From Acidobacteriota bacterium (GTDB taxonomy: Bacteria; Acidobacteriota; UBA6911), in assembly GCA_035506515.1 (NCBI GenBank), contig DATJPG010000072.1:2353-66352 (forward strand): 64,000 bases of DNA, given 5' to 3'. Numbering within the stretch: the first letter of the stretch is position 1; the number at the start of each line of letters is the position of its first letter. Made by a program: the position numbers and the translations under genes. The notes under the pieces are model-generated. The model was not told where the DNA came from. It worked only from the letters and a program-made list of their open reading frames with translations, and did no database searches. This document shows positions 30,980 to 38,209 of the stretch, piece after piece.

Positions 30980-31750
30980 ATGAAACGATCACTCTATCTA
31001 CGGAACACAATGGCCCTTGTCGTTTTGGCATTGCTCATCCTGGGAACCGGCTGCGCAAAAAAAACGCCGGCGCCGCAACCCGAAGTGAAAGCGGAACCGG
31101 AAAAGCCTCCGGCGCCTCCGGCGCCCGCACCCGCACCCACGATCACTCTGCGTGTTTCCCCGCCTGCGATTGAAATGGGCCAATCCTCCGTGCTTTCGTG
31201 GACCTCGTCCAACGCCGTCAGCGTTACGATCGATAACGGCGTTGGCACCGTTGAAACTTCCGGCAGCAGAGACGTGCGTCCTTCGACTTCCACAACGTAC
31301 CAGGTGAAAGCCACAGGCCCCGGCGGCACCGCAGTTGCCGAAGCCAGAGTTACCGTAACGGCGCCGCCCGCTGTGACACCGCCGCCTCCGCCCTCCATCA
31401 CGGACTCGGAGTTCTTCTCTACGAATATCAAAGACGCATTCTTCGATTACGATCAGTACAGCATCCGGGAAGATGCGCGCGCCAGCCTGCAAGCGGATGC
31501 CCGGGCCCTCAAGCAGCGGCCGTCGATTCGCATCACGATCGAGGGGCACGCGGACGAACGCGGTTCGGAAAAGTATAATCTCGCATTGGGAGACCGGCGC
31601 GCCACCGCCGCAAAGGACTTCCTCGTCGGCCAGGGAATCGATGCCAGCCGCTTAGAAACGATCAGCTATGGCAAGGAGCAAAACTTTTGCGAAGAGCATA
31701 ACGAGGCATGCTGGCAGTCGAACCGTCGCGCGCACCTCGTGATGCGGTAG
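30980..31750 (+). CDS. pal: Peptidoglycan-associated lipoprotein with an inserted beta-rich domain
   Basis: Lipobox GTGC, Pro-rich linkers, OmpA domain FFDYD...EGHADERGSEKYNLALG.RRA...SYGKE...NRR. Confidence 0.92.
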   Translation: MKRSLYLRNTMALVVLALLILGTGCAKKTPAPQPEVKAEPEKPPAPPAPAPAPTITLRVSPPAIEMGQSSVLSWTSSNAVSVTIDNGVGTVETSGSRDVRPSTSTTYQVKATGPGGTAVAEARVTVTAPPAVTPPPPPSITDSEFFSTNIKDAFFDYDQYSIREDARASLQADARALKQRPSIRITIEGHADERGSEKYNLALGDRRATAAKDFLVGQGIDASRLETISYGKEQNFCEEHNEACWQSNRRAHLVMR

Positions 31751-31928
31751 CTGATCTGTTAAACCAACGGCGCCGGCCGCACGGTGAAACTGTTTGTTCC
31801 ATTTCTATACCAAATGGAAACGGCAAGCCTACCAAGTTCCGTGTGTCGCTCACTCCCGGGCCTGTCTTTCGTTGAAGCTCGCAGGTGGCTGTGAAATAAT
31901 ACTGTACATTTCGGATAGGAGAGAATCC

Positions 31929-32768
31929 ATGAAGCTGAAGACCGGCATTTTCCTCCTGAGTATAGTTTGGGCTGTAATGCCTTCGGCGCAGGCCGGCACT
32001 AAGGAAGAGGTGGTGCGCCTGCAAAATGACGTTCTTGCCCTGCAAAATCAGATTCGCGAACTCGATAAGAGCTTCAACGAAAAACTGGATGGACTCAAGA
32101 GCCTGATTGTCCAGCTGAACGACCAGGTTGCAAAATCGGATGTGACGCTTGACAAGATCGCGGCCGCGCTGGACACCCAGGTTTCCGGCAAACGGACTTC
32201 CGATCAAACCCTGCTGCAGGAAATCCGGGCTCTCGCCGGCAAATTGGACGAAACTTCGACGCGAATTTCCGCTCTGGCGCAACAGGTTGCCGAATTGAAG
32301 CTACTCTCCAAACCGCTGCCGCAACCGAGCACACCGAGCAGCGACTTGTCTCCCGAAGGAATCTACGACCGGGCGTCCGGGGATCTTGTTCGGGGCAATT
32401 ATGACCTGGCCGTTCAGGGTTTCGCCGCCTACCTCAACAGCACGCCCGGCGGAGCCAAGGCTGCCAATGCACAATACGGCATTGGCGAAGCGTATTATTA
32501 CCAGGGCAAAATGCAGCAGGCGATAACCGCATACACCAGAATTCTGACGGATTACCCCGATTCGGACCTCTGCGCCAGTGCCTTATATAAAAGGGCAAAA
32601 GCCGAATTGGCCAATAAGGAAAGTGAGAATGCGATCGCGGATCTGAAGGAAATCCTCGAGCGCTACCCTTCATCGTCCGAGGCGAATCTGGCCAAAACAG
32701 AATTGCAATCTCTCGGCGTTAAATTGATTAAGCCGCCGGCAAAGGACACGCGCAAAAAAGCGCGATAA
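31929..32768 (+). CDS. cpoB: Tol-Pal system protein CpoB (YbgF)
   Basis: Signal peptide, coiled coil, TPR repeats (A.YGIGE.YY, ALYKRA); follows pal. Confidence 0.85.
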   Translation: MKLKTGIFLLSIVWAVMPSAQAGTKEEVVRLQNDVLALQNQIRELDKSFNEKLDGLKSLIVQLNDQVAKSDVTLDKIAAALDTQVSGKRTSDQTLLQEIRALAGKLDETSTRISALAQQVAELKLLSKPLPQPSTPSSDLSPEGIYDRASGDLVRGNYDLAVQGFAAYLNSTPGGAKAANAQYGIGEAYYYQGKMQQAITAYTRILTDYPDSDLCASALYKRAKAELANKESENAIADLKEILERYPSSSEANLAKTELQSLGVKLIKPPAKDTRKKAR

Positions 32769-32791
32769 ATTGCACATAAAAGGAAAATGCC

Positions 32792-33235
32792 ATGAGTTCA
32801 CTGAATAAGATATTGCTCATTGGAAACCTGGGAAGAGATCCCGAAATCCGCTACACCCCCGAAGGCACTCAAGTGGCGACTTTCAGCCTTGCAACGAGCG
32901 AGAACTGGACGGACAAGAGCGGAACGCGCCAGGAACGCACCGACTGGCACAACATTACTGCATGGGGCCGGCTGGCCGATTTATGCAAAAGGTTTCTGGC
33001 CAAGGGACGCCAGGTGTATGTCGAAGGTCGAATCCACTACCGTGAGTTTACCGATCGCGATGGGAACAAGCGTTCGAGGCCTGAAATTACGGCCACGCAG
33101 ATCGTACTTCTGGGCAGCCGCGCTCAGAGCGCAGAATCCGGCGCTCAACCCATGGAGCCGATCGGGAATGTCCCCTCGGAACCGGATCAGCCTTTTGGCG
33201 ACGCCGGCATCACGGACAGCGATATCCCCTTTTAA
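32792..33235 (+). CDS. ssb: Single-stranded DNA-binding protein
   Basis: LNKILLIGNLGRDPE, TDWH, VYVEGR, acidic DSDIPF tail. Confidence 0.96.
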   Translation: MSSLNKILLIGNLGRDPEIRYTPEGTQVATFSLATSENWTDKSGTRQERTDWHNITAWGRLADLCKRFLAKGRQVYVEGRIHYREFTDRDGNKRSRPEITATQIVLLGSRAQSAESGAQPMEPIGNVPSEPDQPFGDAGITDSDIPF

Positions 33236-33258
33236 GCCTGTTGGCAGGATCGAATATT

Positions 33259-34311
33259 GTGCCGCGAAATACCAAACGACGAAGGTTGACGGAATTCAGC
33301 AGTTCTGCCGGTTGAGCGAGCAAAATGAGTCCGGCGGTGCTGGATCGGATTTTGTCAAAACTCCCGCGCCAGGAAGACGATCGTCTGCTTGTCGGGTTCA
33401 GGAATAAGGATGATGCCGGAGTCTACCTGCTTCACGAAGGCTTGGCCCTGGTTCAAACGACGGATTTCTTCACGCCGATTATCGACGACCCCTATCAGTT
33501 CGGACAGATCGCCGCCGCCAATACCCTTTCGGATGTATATGCAATGGGCGGCCGCCCCTTGACGGCTCTCTCCATCGTCTGCTATCCGGAAAATGGCGAT
33601 TTGGAAGCACTGGAACGGATTTTGATTGGCGGCCTGGACAAGATGATTGAAGCGCAGTGTACCGTTGTAGGCGGCCACATGGTACGCGACGAGGAGATCA
33701 AATTCGGTTACGCTGTGACCGGAACAATCGACCCCGCTTCCATCTGGGCTAATGCAGGCGCGCAACCGGGGGATGCACTCCTTCTGACCAAACCATTGGG
33801 CACCGGCGTTATTTCAACCGCCATACGCGCCGGCAAGGCGAAGCCTGAATGGGCCGATATGGCCGCACGCACCATGAGCCGTCTCAACAAAGATGCGGCG
33901 GTGGCGCTGATGTCCCTCGGCAGTGCGGTTCACTCCGTCACCGATATCACCGGATTCGGATTCCTGGGGCACGCCTGGGAAATGGCGAGTGCGAGCTGCG
34001 TCAGCCTCCGGTTGGACAGTCGTGCTTTTGAACCGCTCGATGGCGCCATGGAATGCATACGCAACGGCTTTCTAGCCGGTGGGTTGAAAAAGAACCGGGA
34101 ATTCGTCGGAGACTGTGCCGTTTTCGCGCAAGGCATCTCGTTAGAAATGCAGCAACTCCTATTTGATCCTCAAACATCCGGAGGGTTGCTGGCAGCAATC
34201 CAGCCGGACTCGGCCCAGCGCGCCCGGGAGTTGCTGATTCAGGCAGGTTGCCGTGCCATGCAGGTCGGCGAAGTCGTAGGCAAAACATCCCCACTCATCT
34301 CCGTTCGCTAG
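33259..34311 (+). CDS. selD: Selenide, water dikinase; selenocysteine-containing (Sec19, TGA 33313-33315), 350 aa
   Basis: Reading through the TGA gives MPRNTKRRRLTEFSSSAG-U-ASKMSPAVL, matching the RLT...G-[C/U]-x2-K active-site loop. Also DDAGV, TTDFF, SDVYAMGG, GGH, DITGFG, DPQTSGGLL. GTG start with a GCAGGA RBS. Confidence 0.92.
33329..33345 (+). promoter_or_regulatory. Candidate bacterial SECIS stem-loop
   Basis: GTCCGGC-GGT-GCTGGAT stem; the G-containing apical loop starts 21 nt after the UGA. Confidence 0.55.
34264..34309 (+). repeat. selD 3'-end repeat copy A (the functional gene end)
   Basis: 37/46 nt identical to 34910-34955. Confidence 0.85.
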
Positions 34312-34330
34312 TACCTGACTTGACCAAATT

Positions 34331-34369
34331 AGTAACCACATTTTTTGCCGGATACTCCGATCAGCCCCG
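34331..34369 (+). repeat. 39-bp perfect direct repeat, copy 1
   Basis: AGTAACCACATTTTTTGCCGGATACTCCGATCAGCCCCG, identical at 34808-34846; weaker similarity extends about 18 nt to the left. Confidence 0.95.
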
Positions 34370-34427
34370 CAATTTCTTCCCTGTCCAGCACACGATCTAA
34401 TTGCTCGGCGGCTAAATGAGCCAAAAT

Positions 34428-34505
34428 TTCTTCGCGGTCTTTGCGGTCTTCGCGGTTTATTTCTTTCCAAAATTGAACCGCGAAGACCTCGAAGACCGCA
34501 AAGAA
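34428..34505. repeat. 30-bp imperfect inverted repeat built from 9-nt units
   Basis: Arms 34428-34457 and 34476-34505 pair at 27/30; unit CCGC(G/A)AAGA x3; 18-nt spacer. Confidence 0.9.
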
Positions 34506-34512
34506 GACATTT

Positions 34513-34790
34513 TTATGGGCTTCGTACTTGTCGTTCACGCCAGATTATGCGCTGGATTCCATCCCTGATGCGCGGGACCTTCCAGCTAATCAGGAAGTCG
34601 ATGGAACGCCCGCTCAGCTTGAGATAGGTAAGCAACTGGGCTCGATGGACAGGATGGATCGCATCGACAGTTTTGTTTTCGACGAGTATGCATTCATCAA
34701 CCAGGAAATCGGCCCGATATCCACAATCGAGCACGACCTCTTTGTAGCGGATAGGAACAGGATATTCCGTGTAGACATCCAGCGATAGAA
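34513..34790 (-). pseudogene. GxxExxY family (PD-(D/E)XK-like) protein, N-terminal third missing
   Basis: YPVPIRYKEVVLDCGYRADFLVDECILVENKTVDAIHPVHRAQLLTYLKLSG...RIRDGIQRI matches the family C-terminal part. The GxxExxY motif itself is absent, and the ORF-track N-terminus comes from the repeat. Confidence 0.78.
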
Positions 34791-34908
34791 CCTGATTTGA
34801 CTGAACAAGTAACCACATTTTTTGCCGGATACTCCGATCAGCCCCGGCCATTTATCAGCAATTTGTGAATTAATACCGAGATTTCCCCAAAAATCCGGTC
34901 AAGTCAGG
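34791..34908. mobile_element. 118-bp MITE/REP-like unit
   Basis: Left end CCTGATTTGACT (10/12 match to the TIR), right end GGTCAAGTCAGG; contains direct-repeat copy 2 (34808-34846). Confidence 0.5.
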
Positions 34909-34909
34909 G

Positions 34910-34955
34910 GTTGGTGAAGTCGTGGGCAAAGGCTCCCCGGTCATTTCCGTTCGCT
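34910..34955 (+). repeat. selD 3'-end repeat copy B (displaced gene fragment)
   Basis: Encodes VGEVVGKGSPVISVR versus VGEVVGKTSPLISVR in selD. Confidence 0.85.
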
Positions 34956-34977
34956 CGTATAGTGCGTCATTGATCCC

Positions 34978-35005
34978 TTGACATTTAGTCGGTGTGAATT
35001 AGATT
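34978..35005 (+). promoter_or_regulatory. Orphan sigma70-like promoter overlapped by a palindrome
   Basis: TTGACA-16 nt-TAGATT; GTGAAT-tag-ATTCAC (34994-35008) overlaps the -10. No + strand gene follows. Confidence 0.35.
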
Positions 35006-35080
35006 CACTCAAAGGCCTCAAAGACAAAAATATCCACAGATTTCACAGATTGAGGCATGGGGGCGGCGCCTGGAGTTGCC

Positions 35081-35806
35081 TCAATATCGGAAGGTGGCCT
35101 TTTTGATCTCTTTGCGGAAATCCAGGCCGCGAATTTCCACTTCCCTGCACATTTCATACAGGCGCGAACGCAAGCGCGTGCCGATGCGGTCTGTCAGAGA
35201 TTCCTCTCCCTGTTTCGAAGGAGTATCCAGGTAGTTGGACGTGAAGATCGTCAGCTTCTTATCGTTGTAGCGGCAGTTAATGATGTGGGCGATCGTGTCC
35301 CGTACCCATTCCGTCGGCTTGTTGGCACCGAGCTCGTCAAGGACCAGGACCCGCGCTTCCAGAACGGGCCTCAAAACTTCCAACTCGGACGTCTGCGAAA
35401 CGGAATTCCAGCTCGCCTGTATTTCCCTCAAGAGATCGCGGAAATCATAGAAAAGGCCTCCGTCTCCTTTTTCCATGACCACCTGTTTCAGCAGCGCAAC
35501 AGCCAGGTGCGTTTTTCCGACACCACAGTTGCCGAGGAACAGCAAGCCGACATCAATCTGCGGATACTTGTCCAGAAAGCGCTGGACGTAAATTTTGGCA
35601 TTCTTCTGCGACTCATGATTCGGCAGATAGGAGTCCAGATCACAGTGCTCATACCGTTTGGGAATTCTGGCTTCGGAAAGGAGCCGTTCCACTCGTGCCG
35701 ATCCAATACAGCTGCAGCGGCGCACTTTCGCGCCATTTTCCGCCGGCTCCCAGCCGGATCCGCTGCATTTGGGGCATATCTCCGGGATTGACGATTGCGT
35801 GCTCAT
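35081..35806 (-). CDS. DnaC/DnaI/IstB-family AAA+ ATPase with an N-terminal Cys cluster
   Basis: CPKC...CSC, Walker A GNCGVGKT, Walker B LVLDELG, FTSN, RLRSRL. Confidence 0.85.
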   Translation of the reverse strand: MSTQSSIPEICPKCSGSGWEPAENGAKVRRCSCIGSARVERLLSEARIPKRYEHCDLDSYLPNHESQKNAKIYVQRFLDKYPQIDVGLLFLGNCGVGKTHLAVALLKQVVMEKGDGGLFYDFRDLLREIQASWNSVSQTSELEVLRPVLEARVLVLDELGANKPTEWVRDTIAHIINCRYNDKKLTIFTSNYLDTPSKQGEESLTDRIGTRLRSRLYEMCREVEIRGLDFRKEIKKATFRY

Positions 35807-35903
35807 GGGAAGATCAGATTAGCACAAGATGGGAAATTCCAAAGGCCATTTCTTAATCGCGCGCGAAAACGCGCATCGTTGCCTCAACCCAATGCTATTA
35901 GCC

Positions 35904-36953
35904 TCAAGGTTGACGCGGTCCAGCCTTGGTGGCGTCTTCCGGAGGAGGCGACTCAAGCTGCTTCGCCTTCAGTTCCGCATACATTTTTTGCACATTCGAC
36001 GGGAAAAAGTTCTGGAACTGGTAGGAGGCATATTTTGCAGGGATCTGAAGATCCCGCGTGGCTAGCTCTACGTTGTCGCCGCGGTCAACGGCCGGCTGGA
36101 CCAGGGCTTTCAGATCCTCGAGGTATTGCAAAAACGCTTCCACATCTTTCTTCGATCCGACCGCACCATGTCCGGGCACGAATTTGTCTGCGTCCAGTTT
36201 GACAAGCGCGCTCACAGTTCCGATCCAGGCCAGAATATTTGCATCCTGCACATTCGGGATCGCGTTGTTAAAAAACAAGTCTCCCGCAAACACGACCTTC
36301 TGCGCAGGAAGATACAGAACGATATCTCCGTCCGTATGGCCTTTGCCCAGAAACAAAATTCGGACTTCCTGCTTTCCATCTTTGATCGAAAAACTCTCGT
36401 CTGCGGTAACGACCGGAATCGTGATCTTAAGTCGCGCCATGGTTTGCAGGTAATCCTCACGGCTCTTGATTTGTTCGCGCAAGCTCTGACGCAGCGTGGA
36501 ATCCGTTTCCTTGAGCGCATCCTTTCGCAGTTTTTCGATCTGCGCCTGGCTGATCTTGATCGTCCGGTTCCATGAGGGCAGATCGAGTTGCAGCATGTCG
36601 CGCCGGGCGTTCGAGCTGCTGATCACCTGTGCCCCTGCAAACACCTGGTTTCCGTGTGTGTGGTCGGAATGCCAGTGGCTGTTCACGACATAGCGCACCG
36701 GTTTTGGCGTGACGGCCCGGATTGCTGAAAGCAGGGATTCTCCACCTTCCGGCGTGAAGTGTGTGTCGAATACCAGCACTCCCTGGTCTAGAATGGCCAC
36801 ACCGACGTTCGCGACTGCCTCTCCGTCAGCGCTCACGACTCTCGCATACACACCATCTGCAAGCTTCGTAAGTTCGGTAGTGTCCCTGGCTGCAGAGACG
36901 GCGCAAATCAAACAAGTGATTGCCAGTAGTGAAAAGACAGTTCGGATTATCAT
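35904..36953 (-). CDS. Secreted metallo-beta-lactamase-fold hydrolase (cyclase-like)
   Basis: Signal peptide, SHWHSDH, GHTDGD, FAGDLFF, VPGHG. Confidence 0.88.
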   Translation of the reverse strand: MIIRTVFSLLAITCLICAVSAARDTTELTKLADGVYARVVSADGEAVANVGVAILDQGVLVFDTHFTPEGGESLLSAIRAVTPKPVRYVVNSHWHSDHTHGNQVFAGAQVISSSNARRDMLQLDLPSWNRTIKISQAQIEKLRKDALKETDSTLRQSLREQIKSREDYLQTMARLKITIPVVTADESFSIKDGKQEVRILFLGKGHTDGDIVLYLPAQKVVFAGDLFFNNAIPNVQDANILAWIGTVSALVKLDADKFVPGHGAVGSKKDVEAFLQYLEDLKALVQPAVDRGDNVELATRDLQIPAKYASYQFQNFFPSNVQKMYAELKAKQLESPPPEDATKAGPRQP

Positions 36954-36988
36954 CTTGATGGCAGGCGGAATCGCAAACCCCTCGGCGC

Positions 36989-38161
36989 CTAAAAACTCAA
37001 TGCGCGCTGCCGTGGCGCTTCCACCAAAAGAACCGATTTTTGAACTTTGGAGCGGCCTCTGTACAGGGTGATATTCACCGTGCTGCCGGGACGCTTCGCT
37101 TCCAGCATCAATCGCAGCTCTTCAAGTGAGGCGACGGGCTTCCCATCGATTTCGGTAATGATATCGCCCCCGACCAGGAAGCGTTGATTATAAAGAACCG
37201 CAATCTCATTCGCCCCCTGAATTCCCGCCCCGTCCGCCGAGCTCCCGCGATAGACGCGCGCAACCAGGATCCCGTGCTTCACCGGCAGATTGAGCCCATC
37301 CGCAAGATCCTCGCTCAACGAATACCCCTCGACGCCGAACCACGGACGCACGACACGCTTTTCGCGGATCAGTTCCGATGCCACGCGCCGGATCGCGTTG
37401 ACCGGAATCGCGAAACCGATCCCGATGTTTCCGCCTCCTCGAATGGAGAAAATTAAAGTGTTGATCCCGATCATTTCGCCCGCCGTGTTCAACAGCGGGC
37501 CTCCGGAATTGCCAGGATTGATTGCCGCATCCGTTTGAATGACGTTGTCGATAAGGTCGCCGTTTTCGGTTTTTATTCTCCTGCCCAGAGAACTCACGAT
37601 CCCGGTGGTAAGCGTGTTTTGAAGTCCCAGGGGATTTCCGATTGCCAGTACTTTTTGCCCGACGTTCAACGCGTTGGAATCCCCAAGGGCAATCGGGTGC
37701 AGCCGCTCCTTGGGAGCTCCTGAAATACTGATGACGGCCAGGTCGTTTTGTCGATCGTACCCGACCACTTTGGCGTGATACTTCGTCTGATCCGGAAGCG
37801 TTACCTCCAGGCTGTCCGCGGATTGAATCACGTGGTAATTGGTAAGGATATTACCATCCGTATCGAGGACGCATCCGCTGCCCGTGCTTCCCTCGGTCGC
37901 GTAGGGTTGAAAAAAATAGTCGTATTCAACGACTGTCGAGGTGATATTTACGACCCCGGGGCTGACCAACTTGTAAACGCGGACATTAGTCTCTTCATCG
38001 GCACTCAATGCAGGCTGCCCGGCCGGCGCTGAAGCGAACGCCGGCTCGGGCACTTCTTTCCTGCTGAGACCCGGAACCACATCCCAGCGCAGAGCAACAA
38101 CGGTTGCAGCGATCGACAGCAGTACAGCTATCATCAAAATACGTACGGGATGCCTCTGCAT
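36989..38161 (-). CDS. HtrA/DegP-like serine protease with one PDZ domain
   Basis: TNYHVI (His), NDLAV (Asp), INPGNSGGP (Ser), C-terminal PDZ; N-terminal TM/signal. Confidence 0.92.
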   Translation of the reverse strand: MQRHPVRILMIAVLLSIAATVVALRWDVVPGLSRKEVPEPAFASAPAGQPALSADEETNVRVYKLVSPGVVNITSTVVEYDYFFQPYATEGSTGSGCVLDTDGNILTNYHVIQSADSLEVTLPDQTKYHAKVVGYDRQNDLAVISISGAPKERLHPIALGDSNALNVGQKVLAIGNPLGLQNTLTTGIVSSLGRRIKTENGDLIDNVIQTDAAINPGNSGGPLLNTAGEMIGINTLIFSIRGGGNIGIGFAIPVNAIRRVASELIREKRVVRPWFGVEGYSLSEDLADGLNLPVKHGILVARVYRGSSADGAGIQGANEIAVLYNQRFLVGGDIITEIDGKPVASLEELRLMLEAKRPGSTVNITLYRGRSKVQKSVLLVEAPRQRALSF

Positions 38162-38209
38162 CGTTGCTTCACTCCCTCTCTGCGTACATGCCCGCAAAAG
38201 CGGCGCTTG

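Larger units (their letters stand above)
34314..34908. mobile_element. Degenerate ~595-bp insertion bounded by 12-bp terminal inverted repeats
   Basis: CCTGACTTGACC (34314-34325) and GGTCAAGTCAGG (34897-34908) are perfect inverted repeats, lying between the two selD-end copies. No transposase or integrase inside. Confidence 0.55.

Noticed and set aside
34329-34538. 69-aa minus-strand ORF as a real gene
   Set aside because: Built from the 9-mer hairpin and the direct repeat, overlaps the GxxExxY end, and has no recognisable family.
34331-34846. CRISPR array (repeat of 39 bp)
   Set aside because: Only two copies, 477 bp apart, with no spacers of regular length and no cas genes.
34264-34955. 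Diversity-generating retroelement TR/VR pair
   Set aside because: Mismatches are not confined to adenines on either strand (C/T, A/G, C/G, mostly wobble positions), and no reverse transcriptase is present.
35081-35806. IS21 element (IstB)
   Set aside because: No IstA transposase or IS21 ends; it sits in a housekeeping run.
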